From NCBI GenBank assembly GCA_950097015.1, contig CATNEN010000001.1, positions 16,678,001 to 16,742,000 of the forward strand: a DNA stretch of 64,000 bases. The letters run 5' to 3'. Shown piece by piece: positions 13,601 to 28,600 of the stretch. The notes below the pieces were generated by a model. It was given only the letters and a program-made list of their open reading frames with translations. It ran no database searches and was not told the origin of the DNA. Positions within the stretch are counted from its first letter, which is position 1, and each line of letters starts with the position of its first letter. A program made the translations under genes and the position numbers. This DNA comes from Macrostomum hystrix. Taxonomy: Eukaryota > Animalia > Platyhelminthes.

Positions 13601-16600
13601 AGAGCTAGACTCTAGTACATTTCGTAAATTAACGGCTAAAAGTATATATTTTTCAAATTAATTAAGAAAATATATATTTCGAGAACAATTACTTTGCACA
13701 CTTCCCTCCAGAACAGTAACACTTACTGTACCTTTACAGGAGATGTAATGTACAGCATATAACCATAGTACTTTAATTACTAAATGGAAGTTATAAATAT
13801 TTAAAGCGAAAATGAACACAGCATTATCTCCAGACAATATGCTATTGTAAAGCACAAACTTAATTAACTTTAACAGACACTTTAAGTAGAAAGTCATGCT
13901 ATTTTGTAGCATATTATGTATATCAAAGCAATGAAAATTGCAGCTGAACTACCTACTGCAAGCAGGCTCTAACCTGACTTATCACTCAATGTTTACCATC
14001 ATGCAGTTTATGAATTCGTCAGTGAAGTATGTCGCTGATTCGTTCAACTTTACGATGCTGCAAGCAACTGAGAAAAATAAATATGTGAGTTTCACTATTT
14101 CCTATATGCTTAGACTACACACAGACACCCACAGGTGTGTACATCTGCCCTGGCTTTCTCATCGTCAGCCAGTGTACACTCTCACTGCGTCTTGAAGGTT
14201 GGCCTTTAAAAAGGCGTAAATTGCACGACAAGCCCCCCAAGCCTTCTCTCCGCGGCTGCGCCCCAAAGGAATGTGGCCTCACCGCGGAATCGAGCTCAGG
14301 GACCTTGGTGCGAGAGGCAAACGCGATAACCGCTCTGCCACTCAACCCGCTAGCTAATTTGTCGCCAAATGTAGCAATATATATAGAAATCTCTGGAAAA
14401 CGCCAACCAACAGACCGTGATGGACCTGATTCGTGAAGATGAGCACAAGCCAGCGATTGAACGAAAATTTGCCCCACTGGGAATCTCCGACTACAAGGAG
14501 GCGCTCGAGGAAGCCTTCAAGATCCTGCACTACGTCAAACACAATGCCACCCACCTGTCCTCTGGCGGGGTGCAGAACATTGTGCTCATCTCCGATGGCG
14601 CACCACAGAGCTTTGAAGAAGTCTTTAAACAGTTCAACCCGGATGTGAGTTCACGAGTCAGCATGTTGCACTCTATTAATCTGTCTCCACACTTCTCATC
14701 CTTCTCACCACACTTCTCATGCATCCTTTTTCCACACTTCTCATCCTTTTCGCCACACTTCTCATCCTTTTCGCCACACTTCTCATCCTTCTCACCACAC
14801 TTCTTTTCGCCACACTTCTCATGCATCCTTTTTCCACACTTCTCATCCTTTTCGCCACACTTCTCATCCTTTTCGCCACACTTCCCACGTTTTCCCAACA
14901 CTTTTGAACTTTTTTCGTGCCACACTTTACTTCCCAATCCCTTTCCCATATTTCCCATTCGTTTCTCGACACTTTCCATCCATTTCTCACTATCTTCCCA
15001 CACTCTCCATCCCACACACCGTCCCGCCCCCTGTTGCCCCACCCCGCAGCGCCAAGTTCGAGTCTTCACATTCCTTGTCGGTCACGAAGCTGCCGAGGAG
15101 GAAAATGTGAAACGCATTGCCTGCTCCAATAGGGGCTACTTTGTGCAGATCTCAACCCTGTCCGATGTGAAGGAAAATGTTCAGGTAGATAATAATAGCT
15201 TTTTTTACTCGAAATGCATAATGAGAAATTGTTTAACAATGCTTCGTGTAACAGTGGGACAACCAAGCCATTTTACTATCTGTTTTTATAGCAAGGGGGC
15301 TTTTGGCAGCGCCCGAATGCTAACAGCGTTGGGTGGTGACTGATAGGTTGACAAACAAAGCGACTGTGTCCTCTAGTTGAGCTGCACCTAATATTCAGGC
15401 TTGATCAGTGAAATTGAAAAAACTCATGTCATAGTGTCCATAGTGGCCTTGAAGGTCCAGCAGTCCATCTAGATAAAGGTAGGTGACCACCGAAGACGGA
15501 GATGTTGCAGGTACATTCGGATGACATGCTGATAAAAATTTCGAAGGCCTGGCAAGGCCGCACTGAGGCGCAGTGCTAATTTGTGTATAAAATAATATTA
15601 AGAAGTGTGTATGTAATACACTAGCGCTTAAGGGCGACTTGATTCTTGTTTCAGAAGATGCGCAACAAAAAGATGAGAACGATCGGGTGCAGCAAAAAAA
15701 TTGCCAGGGGGATTTCCCCTCCCCGTTGGTATATTTCTACTGTTAGTTTAAGTCGATAGAAAGCTAAAAATATAATATATTTCTCTTATTGATCCGCAGC
15801 GCTACATACCAGTGACAGCTAGGACCAACGCTCACAGACGAGACCACTTCTTCGTGTGGACCGGTGTGCACAAGAATCAGATTAAGACACAGGTTAGCTT
15901 TATTGCTAGATTTTCATGTAATTTTTCTTCAGATTTAGATAATACTTCGCACTTTCAGAGATGCCAATTAAAAGTTTAGAAAGAAAAAAACTGCACATCG
16001 TTTATTATTTTTATCCATGTTAACTTGCAGCCCCACTTAGCCATTCGTATGGTGGAATACGTAAGCAAACTTAGATGGACCGGAGTTTTTACGGGCTTAA
16101 AAGGACGCTAGATAAAAAAAAAGTAATGAAGCAATATTTTCTTAAAATCTAAATCTGTAATAAAAAGAGAAACTTAAATAAAAAATGAATAAATAACTAT
16201 TCTAAATAAAACAAATGTTTTCATTTGAAATTGAACCATTAAAGCATTAAAAAAGAATTTCTTTAAATCTATCGATGATAATGATAATACGCTCGTAATA
16301 ATCCTCCTCCACTATACTAAAAATGAAATGCTTGCTTGGTTGTAATTGATTTTCTCCCGAACGGCTCAACCGATTTTCACCATTTCTTCACCAAAAGATG
16401 CTAAATATGGGGACAATTATACACGTATTTTTATTAAGCTTAACTTTATTGCTAAAGGGATTAAATATTCGAAAAACATGATTTTTCAAAGGTCAAACCA
16501 TCTTGGCCTATTGAGAATTTTACTCACTGCCACTGAATTAGAATTGCATCGTCAAATTGCGCAACAACCCCTAGCTGATTGAATTTGAAGCCTGCACTCT

Positions 16601-19600
16601 GGAGACAAATTGGAAATAAATGTACACAACCAACCGCAAGACTGAGTGTACTCTATTTTCTTACTTCATTGTACAAAGCCAGAACTTTGAGAATTCATTT
16701 TATAAGGCTGATTTTTGCACCCACTAACCAACAGTCGGAATAGCCGATGTGTAGGCACTAGGAATAGGTTAGGCTAGGCTAGGGTTCGATTCTGCACTGC
16801 ATCAAATCATTTAGACTAATTTTCAGCCAGTAGTGATTGAAGACTATTTTATATTATTTTTTTCATTTCGTAAATAAAATATCATAAATCATAGCACACC
16901 GGCTAAAACAGAGTGTGCTATGGCTACACCAGAGTCTGAATCATGGCTACACCAGAGTCTGAATCATGGCTAAACCAGAGTCTGAATCATGGCTAAACCA
17001 GCGTCTGAATCATGGCTAAACCAGAGTCTGAATCATGGCTAAACCAGCGTCTGAATCATGGCTAAACCAGAGTTTGAATCATGGCTAAACCAGAGTTTCA
17101 ATCATGGCTAAACCAGCGTCTGAATCATGGCTAAACCAGCGTCTGAATCATGGCTAAACCAGAGTCTGAATCATGGCAAAACTGGAGTCTGAATCATGGC
17201 TAAACCATAGTCTGAATCATGGCTAAACCATAGTCTGAATCATGGCTAAACCAGAGTCTGAATCATGGCTAAACCAGAGTCTGAATCATGGCAAAACTGG
17301 AGTCTGAATCATGGCTAAACCATAGTCTGAATCATGGCTAAAATAGAGTCTGAATCATGGCTAAAACAGAGTTTAAATCATGGCTAAACCAGAGTCTGAA
17401 TCATGGCTAAACCAGAGTTTGAATCATGGCTAAACCAGGGTCTGAATCATGGCTAAACCAGAGTCTGAATCATGGCTAAACCAGAGTCTGAATCATGGCT
17501 AAACCAGAGTCTGAATCATGGCAAAACCAGAGTCTGAATCATGGCTAAAACAGAGTTTAAATCATAGCTAAACCAGCGTCTGAATCATGGCTAAACCAGA
17601 GTTTGAATCATGGCTAAACCAGAGTTTGAATCATGGCTAAACCAGCGTCTGAATCATGGCTAAACCAGAGTCTGAATCATGGCTAAACCAGAGTCTGAAT
17701 CATGGCTAAACCAGAGTCTGAATCATAGCTAAACCAGAGTCTGAATCATGGCAAAACCAGAGTCTGAATCATGGCTAAAACAGAGTTTAAATCATAGCTA
17801 AACCAGCGTCTGAATCATGGCTAAACCAGAGTTTGAATCATGGCTAAACCAGAGTTTGAATCATGGCTAAACCAGCGTCTGAATCATGGCTAAACCAGAG
17901 TCTGAATCATGGCTAAACCAGAGTCTGAATCATGGCTAAACCAGAGTCTGAATCATGGCTAAACCAGAGTCTGAATCATGGCAAAACCAGAGTCTGAATC
18001 ATGGCTAAAACAGAGTTTAAATCATAGCTAAACCAGCGTCTGAATCATGGCTAAACCAGAGTTTGAATCATGGCTAAACCAGAGTTTGAATCATGGCTAA
18101 ACCAGCGTCTGAATCATGGCTAAACCAGAGTCTGAATCATGGCTAAACCAGAGTCTGAATCATGGCTAAACCAGAGTCTGAATCATGGCTAAACCAGAGT
18201 CTGAATCATGGCAAAACCAGAGTCTGAATCATGGCTAAAACAGAGTTTAAATCATAGCTAAACCAGCGTCTGAATCATGGCTAAACCAGAGTTTGAATCA
18301 TGGCTAAACCAGAGTTTGAATCATGGCTAAACCAGCGTCTGAATCATGGCTAAACCAGAGTCTGAATCATGGCTAAACCAGAGTCTGAATCATGGCTAAA
18401 CCAGAGTCTGAATCATGGCTAAACCAGAGTCTGAATCATGGCAAAACCAGAGTCTGAATCATGGCAAAACCAGAGTCTGAATCATGGCTAAACCAGAGTC
18501 TGAATCATGGCTAAACCAGAGTCTGAATCATGGCTAAACCAGAGTCTGAATCATGGCAAAACCAGAGTCTGAATCATGGCTAAAACAGAGTTTAAATCAT
18601 AGCTAAACCAGCGTCTGAATCATGGCTAAACCAGCGTCTGAATCATGGCTAAACCAGAGTCTGAATCATGGCTAAACCAGAGTCTGAATCATGGCTAAAC
18701 CAGAGTCCGAATCATGGCTAAACCAGAGTTTGAATCATGGCTAAACCAGAGTTTGCATCATGGCTAAACCAGAGTCTGAATCATGGCTAAACCAGAGTCT
18801 GAATCATGGCTAAACCAGCGTCTGAATCATGGCTAAACCATAGTATGAATCATGGCTAAACCAGCGTCTGAATCATGGCTAAACCAGAGTTTGAATCATG
18901 GCTAAACCAGAGTCTGAATCATGGCTAAACCAGAGTTTGAATCATGGCTAAACCAGATTTTGAATCATGGCTAACCCAGAGTTTGAATCATGGCTAAACC
19001 AGAGTCTGAATCTGAATCATGGCTAAACCAGAGTCTGAATCATGGTTAAACCAGAGTTTGAATCATGGCAAAACCAGAGTCTGAATCATGGCTAAACCAG
19101 AGTTTGAATCATGGCTAAACCAGGGTCTGAATCATGGCTAAAACAGAGTTTAAATCATGGCTAAACCAGAGTCTGAATCATGGCTAAACCAGAGTTTGAA
19201 TCATGGCTAAACCAGGGTCTGAATTATGGCTAAACCAGAGTCTGAATCATGGCTAAACCAGAGTCTGAATCATGGCTAAACCAGAGTCTGAATCATGGCA
19301 AAACCAGAGTCTGAATCATGGCTAAAACAGAGTTTAAATCATAGCTAAACCAGCGTCTGAATCATGGCTAAACCAGAGTTTGAATCATGGCTAAACCAGA
19401 GTCTGAATCATGGCTAAACCAGAGTTTGAATCATGGCTAAACCAGCGTCTGAATCATGGCTAAACCAGAGTCTGAATCATGGCTAAACCAGAGTCTGAAT
19501 CATGGCTAAACCAGAGTCCGAATCATGGCTAAACCAGAGTTTGAATCATGGCTAAACCAGAGTTTGCATCATGGCTAAACCAGAGTCTGAATCATGGCTA

Positions 19601-22600
19601 AACCAGAGTTTGCATCATGGCTAAACCAGAGTTTGCATCATGGCTAAACCAGAGTCTGAATCATGGCTAAACCAGCGTCTGAATCATGGCTAAACCAGAG
19701 TTTGAATCATGGCTAAACCAGAGTTTGCATCATGGCTAAACCAGAGTCTGAATCATGGCTAAACCAGAGTCTGAATCATGGCTAAACCAGAGTCTGAATC
19801 ATGGCTAAACCATAGTATGAATCATGGCTAAACCAGCGTCTGAATCATGGCTAAACCAGAGTTTGAATCATGGCTAAACCAGAGTCTGAATCATGGCTAA
19901 ACCAGAGTTTGAATCATGGCTAAACCAGATTTTGAATCATGGCTAACCCAGAGTTTGAATCATGGCTAAACCAGAGTCTGAATCTGAATCATGGCTAAAC
20001 CAGAGTCTGAATCATGGTTAAACCAGAGTTTGAATCATGGCAAAACCAGAGTCTGAATCATGGCTAAACCAGAGTTTGAATCATGGCTAAACCAGGGTCT
20101 GAATCATGGCTAAAACAGAGTTTGAATCATGGCTAAACCAGGGTCTGAATCATGGCTAAAACAGAGTTTAAATCATGGCTAAACCAGAGTCTGAATCATG
20201 GCTAAACCAGAGTTTGAATCATGGCTAAACCAGGGTCTGAATCATGGCTAAAACAGAGTTTAAATCATGGCTAAACCAGAGTCTGAATCATGGCTAAACC
20301 AGAGTTTGAATCATGGCTAAACCAGGGTCTGAATCATGGCTAAACCAGAGTCTGAATCATGGCTAAACCAGAGTCTGAATCATGGCTAAACCAGAGTCTG
20401 AATCATGGCAAAACCAGAGTCTGAATCATGGCTAAAACAGAGTTTAAATCATAGCTAAACCAGCGTCTGAATCATGGCTAAACCAGAGTTTGAATCATGG
20501 CTAAACCAGAGTTTGAATCATGGCTAAACCAGCGTCTGAATCATGGCTAAACCAGAGTCTGAATCATGGCTAAACCAGAGTCTGAATCATGGCTAAACCA
20601 GAGTCTGAATCATGGCTAAACCAGAGTCTGAATCATGGCAAAACCAGAGTCTGAATCATGGCTAAAACAGAGTTTAAATCATAGCTAAACCAGCGTCTGA
20701 ATCATGGCTAAACCAGAGTTTGAATCATGGCTAAACCAGAGTTTGAATCATGGCTAAACCAGCGTCTGAATCATGGCTAAACCAGAGTCTGAATCATGGC
20801 TAAACCAGAGTCTGAATCATGGCTAAACCAGAGTCTGAATCATGGCTAAACCAGAGTCTGAATCATGGCAAAACCAGAGTCTGAATCATGGCTAAAACAG
20901 AGTTTAAATCATAGCTAAACCAGCGTCTGAATCATGGCTAAACCAGAGTTTGAATCATGGCTAAACCAGAGTTTGAATCATGGCTAAACCAGCGTCTGAA
21001 TCATGGCTAAACCAGAGTCTGAATCATGGCTAAACCAGAGTCTGAATCATGGCTAAACCAGAGTCTGAATCATGGCTAAACCAGAGTCTGAATCATGGCA
21101 AAACCAGAGTCTGAATCATGGCTAAAACAGAGTTTAAATCATAGCTAAACCAGCGTCTGAATCATGGCTAAACCAGAGTTTGAATCATGGCTAAACCAGA
21201 GTTTGAATCATGGCTAAACCAGCGTCTGAATCATGGCTAAACCAGAGTCTGAATCATGGCTAAACCAGAGTCTGAATCATGGCTAAACCAGAGTCTGAAT
21301 CATGGCTAAACCAGAGTCTGAATCATGGCAAAACCAGAGTCTGAATCATGGCAAAACCAGAGTCTGAATCATGGCTAAACCAGAGTCTGAATCATGGCTA
21401 AACCAGAGTCTGAATCATGGCTAAACCAGAGTCTGAATCATGGCAAAACCAGAGTCTGAATCATGGCTAAAACAGAGTTTAAATCATAGCTAAACCAGCG
21501 TCTGAATCATGGCTAAACCAGAGTTTGAATCATGGCTAAACCAGAGTTTGAATCATGGCTAAACCAGCGTCTGAATCATGGCTAAACCAGAGTCTGAATC
21601 ATGGCTAAACCAGAGTCTGAATCATGGCTAAACCAGAGTCTGAATCATGGCTAAACCAGAGTCTGAATCATGGCTAAAACAGAGTTTAAATCATAGCTAA
21701 ACCAGCGTCTGAATCATGGCTAAACCAGAGTTTGAATCATGGCTAAACCAGAGTTTGAATCATGGCTAAACCAGCGTCTGAATCATGGCTAAACCAGAGT
21801 CTGAATCATGGCTAAACCAGAGTCTGAATCATGGCTAAACCAGAGTCTGAATCATGGCTAAACCAGAGTCTGAATCATGGCAAAACCAGAGTCTGAATCA
21901 TGGCTAAAACAGAGTTTAAATCATAGCTAAACCAGCGTCTGAATCATGGCTAAACCAGAGTTTGAATCATGGCTAAACCAGAGTTTGAATCATGGCTAAA
22001 CCAGCGTCTGAATCATGGCTAAACCAGAGTCTGAATCATGGCTAAACCAGAGTCTGAATCATGGCTAAACCAGAGTCTGAATCATGGCTAAACCAGAGTC
22101 TGAATCATGGCAAAACCAGAGTCTGAATCATGGCTAAAACAGAGTTTAAATCATAGCTAAACCAGCGTCTGAATCATGGCTAAACCAGAGTTTGAATCAT
22201 GGCTAAACCAGAGTTTGAATCATGGCTAAACCAGCGTCTGAATCATGGCTAAACCAGAGTCTGAATCATGGCTAAACCAGAGTCTGAATCATGGCTAAAC
22301 CAGAGTCTGAATCATGGCTAAACCAGAGTCTGAATCATGGCAAAACCAGAGTCTGAATCATGGCTAAAACAGAGTTTAAATCATAGCTAAACCAGCGTCT
22401 GAATCATGGCTAAACCAGAGTTTGAATCATGGCTAAACCAGAGTTTGAATCATGGCTAAACCAGCGTCTGAATCATGGCTAAACCAGAGTCTGAATCATG
22501 GCTAAACCAGAGTCTGAATCATGGCTAAACCAGAGTCTGAATCATGGCTAAACCAGAGTCTGAATCATGGCAAAACCAGAGTCTGAATCATGGCTAAACC

Positions 22601-25600
22601 AGAGTCTGAATCATGGCTAAACCAGAGTCTGAATCATGGCTAAACCAGAGTTTGCATCATGGCTAAACCAGAGTCTGAATCATGGCAAAACCAGAGTCTG
22701 AATCATGGCTAAAACAGAGTTTAAATCATAGCTAAACCAGCGTCTGAATCATGGCTAAACCAGAGTTTGAATCATGGCTAAACCAGAGTTTGAATCATGG
22801 CTAAACCAGCGTCTGAATCATGGCTAAACCAGAGTCTGAATCATGGCTAAACCAGAGTCTGAATCATGGCTAAACCAGAGTCTGAATCATGGCTAAACCA
22901 GAGTCTGAATCATGGCAAAACCAGAGTCTGAATCATGGCAAAACCAGAGTCTGAATCATGGCTAAACCAGAGTCTGAATCATGGCTAAACCAGAGTCTGA
23001 ATCATGGCTAAACCAGAGTCTGAATCATGGCAAAACCAGAGTCTGAATCATGGCTAAAACAGAGTTTAAATCATAGCTAAACCAGCGTCTGAATCATGGC
23101 TAAACCAGAGTTTGAATCATGGCTAAACCAGAGTTTGAATCATGGCTAAACCAGCGTCTGAATCATGGCTAAACCAGAGTCTGAATCATGGCTAAACTAG
23201 AGTCTGAATCATGGCTAAACCAGCGTCTGAATCATGGCTAAACCAGAGTTTGAATCATGGCTAAACCAGAGTTTCAATCATGGCTAAACCAGCGTCTGAA
23301 TCATGGCTAAACCAGCGTCTGAATCATGGCTAAACCAGAGTCTGAATCATGGCAAAACTGGAGTCTGAATCATGGCTAAACCATAGTCTGAATCATGGCT
23401 AAACCATAGTCTGAATCATGGCTAAACCAGAGTCTGAATCATGGCTAAACCAGAGTCTGAATCATGGCAAAACTGGAGTCTGAATCATGGCTAAACCATA
23501 GTCTGAATCATGGCTAAACCATAGTCTGAATCATGGCTAAACCAGAGTCTGAATCATGGCTAAACCAGAGTCTGAATCATAGCTAAACCAGAGTCTGAAT
23601 CATGGCTAAACCAGAGTCTCAATCATGGCTAAACCAGAGTTTGAATCATTGCTAAACCAGAGTTTGAATCATGGCTAAACCAGAGTGTGAATCATGGCTA
23701 AACCATCGTTTGAATCATGACTAAACCAGAGTTTGAATCATAGCTAAACCAGAGTCTGAATCATGGCTAAACCAGAGTCTCAATCATGGCTAAACCAGAG
23801 TTTGAATCATTGCTAAACCAGAGTTTGAATCATGGCTAAACCAGAGTGTGAATCATGGCTAAACCAGAGTTTGAATCATGGCTAAACCATCGTTTGAATC
23901 ATGGCTAAACCAGAGTTTGAATCATGGCTAAACCAGAGTTTGAATCATGGCTAAACCATCGTTTAAATCATGGCTAAACCATTGTTTGAATCATGGCTAA
24001 ACCAGAGTTTGAATCATGGCTAAACCAGAGTTTGAATCATGGCTTAACCAGAGTTTGAATCATGGCTAAACCAGAGTCTGAATCATGGCTTAACCAGAAT
24101 TTAAATCATGGCTAAACCAGAGTCTGAATCATGGCTTAACCAGAGTCTGAATCATGGCTAAACCAGAGTCTGAATCATGGCTAAACCAGAGTCTGAATCA
24201 TGGCAAAACTGGAGTCTGAATCATGGCTAAACCATAGTCTGAATCATGGCTAAAATAGAGTCTGAATCATGGCTAAAATAGAGTCTGAATCATGGCTAAA
24301 CCAGAGTCTGAATCATGGCTAAAATAGAGTCTGAATCATGGCTAAACCAGAGTCTGAATCATGGCTAAACTAGAGTCTGAATCATGGCTAAACCAGAGTC
24401 TGAATCATGGCTAAACTAGAGTCTGAATCATGGCTAAACCAGAGTCTGAATCATGGCTAAACTAGAGTCTGAATCATGGCTAAACCAGAGTCTGAATCAT
24501 GGCTAAACCAGAGTTTGAATCATGGCTAAACCAGAGTTTGAATCATGGCTTAACCAGAGTTTGAATCATGGCTAAACCAGAGTCTGAATCATGGCTAAAC
24601 TAGAGTCTGAATCATGGCTAAACCAGAGTCTGAATCATGGCTAAACCAGAGTCTGAATCATGGCTAAACTAGAGTCTGAATCATGGCTAAACCAGCGTCT
24701 GAATCATGGCTAAACCAGAGTTTGAATCATGGCTAAACCAGAGTTTCAATCATGGCTAAACCAGCGTCTTAATCATGGCTAAACCAGCGTCTGAATCATG
24801 GCTAAACCAGAGTCTGAATCATGGCAAAACTGGAGTCTGAATCATGGCTAAACCATAGTCTGAATCATGGCTAAACCATAGTCTGAATCATGGCTAAACC
24901 AGAGTCTGAATCATGGCTAAACCAGAGTCTGAATCATGGCTAAACCAGCGTCTGAATCATGGCTAAACCAGAGTCTGAATCATGGCTAAACCAGCGTCTG
25001 AATCATGGCTAAACCAGAGTTTGAATCATGGCTAAACCAGAGTTTCAATCATGGCTAAACCAGCGTCTGAATCATGGCTAAACCAGCGTCTGAATCATGG
25101 CTAAACCAGAGTCTGAATCATGGCAAAACTGGAGTCTGAATCATGGCTAAACCATAGTCTGAATCATGGCTAAACCATAGTCTGAATCATGGCTAAACCA
25201 GAGTCTGAATCATGGCTAAACCAGAGTCTGAATCATGGCAAAACTGGAGTCTGAATCATGGCTAAACCATAGTCTGAATCATGGCTAAAATAGAGTCTGA
25301 ATCATGGCTAAAATAGAGTCTGAATCATGGCTAAACCAGAGTCTGAATCATGGCTAAAATAGAGTCTGAATCATGGCTAAACCAGAGTCTGAATCATGGC
25401 TAAACTAGAGTCTGAATCATGGCTAAACCAGAGTCTGAATCATGGCTAAACTAGAGTCTGAATCATGGCTAAACCAGAGTCTGAATCATGGCTAAACTAG
25501 AGTCTGAATCATGGCTAAACCAGAGTCTGAATCATGGCTAAACCAGAGTTTGAATCATGGCTAAACCAGAGTTTGAATCATGGCTTAACCAGAGTTTGAA

Positions 25601-28600
25601 TCATGGCTAAACCAGAGTCTGAATCATGGCTTAACCAGAATTTAAATCATGGCTAAACCAGAGTCTGAATCATGGCTAAACCAGAGTCTGAATCATGGCT
25701 AAACTAGAGTCTGAATCATGGCTAAACCAGAGTCTGAATCATGGCTAAACTAGAGTCTGAATCATGGCTAAACTAGAGTCTGAATCATGGCTAAACCAGC
25801 GTCTGAATCATGGCTAAACCAGAGTTTGAATCATGGCTAAACCAGAGTTTCAATCATGGCTAAACCAGCGTCTGAATCATGGCTAAACCAGAGTTTGAAT
25901 CATGGCTAAACCAGAGTTTCAATCATGGCTAAACCAGCGTCTGAATCATGGCTAAACCAGCGTCTGAATCATGGCTAAACCAGAGTCTGAATCATGGCAA
26001 AACTGGAGTCTGAATCATGGCTAAACCATAGTCTGAATCATGGCTAAACCATAGTCTGAATCATGGCTAAACCAGAGTCTGAATCATGGCTAAACCAGAG
26101 TCTGAATCATGGCTAAACCAGCGTCTGAATCATGGCTAAACCAGAGTCTGAATCATGGCTAAACCAGAGTCTGAATCATGGCTTAACCAGAGTTTGAATC
26201 ATGGCTAAACCAGAGTCTGAATCATGGCTAAACCAGAGTTTGAATCATGGCTAACCCAGCGTTTGAATCATTGCTAAACCAGAACTGGTGGATAATCGTC
26301 AACTGGGGGATCATGGTAAACTGGGGGATAATTGTCAACTGGGGGATCATTGTCAACTGGAGGATCATTGGCAACTGGGGGATAATTGTCAACTGGGGGA
26401 TAATTGTCACGGGGAAACATCACCAAATGCGGGATCATAATCAACTAGGGGATCATTGTCAACTAGGGGATCATGTTCAACTGGGGGAACATTGTCAACT
26501 GGGATCACCATCAATGGGGGATCATAGTCAACTGAGAGATAATTGTCGACTGGGGGATAATCGTCAACTGGGGGATCATGGTCAACTGGAGGATCATTGT
26601 CAACGGGGGGATAGTTGTCAACTGGGGGATAATTGTCAACTGGGGGATCATTGTCAACTGGGAGATCATTGTCAATGTCAACTGGGGGATCATTTTCAAC
26701 TGGGGATCATTGTCAACTGGTGGTTTATCATCACCCGGAGGATCATTGTGAACTGGGGGGATCATTGTCAACTTGTTGATCATCATCAACTGGGGGATCA
26801 TTGTCAACTGTGGGAACATTGTCAACTGGGGGAACGTTGTCAACTGGAGATTATCATCAATGGGGAGTCATCATTAACTGGGGGATCATTGTCAACTGCG
26901 TGATCATCATCAATTGGGGGATTATTGTCAACTCGGGGATCATTGTCAGCTGTGGGAACATTGTCAACTGGGGATCATCATCAATGGGGAGTCATCATTA
27001 ACTGGGGGATCATTGTCAACTGCGTGATCATCATCAATTGAGGGATTATTGTCAACTGGGGGATCATAATCAACTGCGTGATCATCATCAATTGAGGGAT
27101 TATTGTCAACTGGGGGATCATAATCAACTGCGTGATCATCATCAATTGGGGGATTATTGTCAACGGGGGGATCATTGTCAACTGGGGGATCATTGTCAAC
27201 TGGGGGATTATTGTCAACTGGGGGATCTTTATCAACTGTGGGATCATTGTCAACTGATCATTGTAGCGTAAAAAGGCTGAAAATGCAGCTGCTAAAAAGT
27301 GTATACTGGACGAAATCAAAATATTTCTGCTCCCCGAAGGGGGGCAAAACTTGCTAGTCCACTATACTAAAAATGAAATGCTTGCTTGGTTGTAATTGAT
27401 TTTCTCCCGAACGGCTCAACCGATTTTCACCATTTCTTCACCAAAAGATGCTAAATATGGGGACAATTATACACGTATTTTTATTAAGCTTAACTTTATT
27501 GCTAAAGGGATTAAATATTCGAAAAACATGATTTTTCAAAGGTCAAACCATCTTGGCCTATTGAGAATTTTACTCACTGCCACTGAATTAGAATTGCATC
27601 GTCAAATTGCGCAACAACCCCTAGCTGATTGAATTTGAAGCCTGCACTCTGGAGACAAATTGGAAATAAATGTACACAACCAACCGCAAGACTGAGTGTA
27701 CTCTATTTTCTTACTTCATTGTACAAAGCCAGAACTTTGAGAATTCATTTTATAAGGCTGATTTTTGCACCCACTAACCAACAGTCGGAATAGCCGATGT
27801 GTAGGCACTAGGAATAGGTTAGGCTAGGCTAGGGTTCGATTCTGCACTGCATCAAATCTAATATACTAAAAATGAAAATCTTGTATGTTTGTTTGCAATC
27901 GACTAGCTCCCGAACGGCTCAACCGATTTTCAAAATTCCTTCGCCAAAAGATCACAAATGGGCCGGAATCGGTACACGTAATTTTATTAAGCTTAATTTC
28001 ATTGCCAAGGGGATTAAATATTCGAAAAACAGTTTTAAATAGGCTTTTCTAATGCATTCTTGTTTTCAGCTTGTGCACAGTGAGGCTCCAGTGCCAATTT
28101 TTATGATTGCATCAGAGCCAGTTTTGATAACGAACTGATAAGAACTCCAGTGAGGCTACCCAGAGGGTAGCGAAGGCAGCTAGTCCTCCACTATACTAAA
28201 AATGAAATGCTTGCTTGGTTGTAATTGATTTTCTCCCGAACGGCTCAACCGATTTTCACCATTTCTTCACCAAAAGATGCTAAATATGGGGACAATTATA
28301 CACGTATTTTTATTAAGCTTAACTTTATTGCTAAAGGGATTAAATATTCGAAAAACATGATTTTTCAAAGGTCAAACCATCTTGGCCTATTGAGAATTTT
28401 ACTCACTGCCACTGAATTAGAATTGCATCGTCAAATTGCGCAACAACCCCTAGCTGATTGAATTTGAAGCCTGCACTCTGGAGACAAATTGGAAATAAAT
28501 GTACACAACCAACCGCAAGACTGAGTGTACTCTATTTTCTTACTTCATTGTACAAAGCCAGAACTTTGAGAATTCATTTTATAAGGCTGATTTTTGCACC

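Larger units (their letters stand above)
16302..27357 (+). mobile_element. Non-autonomous Helitron, long family, copy 1
   Basis: Starts a|TCCTCCTCCACTATACTAAAAATG and ends with hairpin gctccccgaaggggggc plus aaaacttgCTAG. No TSD. The 5' tatactaa...aaccgattttca layout is typical of animal non-autonomous Helitrons. Contains 23-bp and 18-bp arrays. Confidence 0.88.

Noticed and set aside
16346-16582. 78-aa ORF repeated three times (also at 27396 and 28225)
   Set aside because: It has a TTG start, lies in the non-coding Helitron 5' end and has no Rep/helicase motifs. Its identity across copies reflects recent copying.
16783-16792. B-box-like GGTTCGATTC inside the Helitron near the nested insertion site
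   Set aside because: There is no convincing A-box or tRNA fold, so it may be a chance match.
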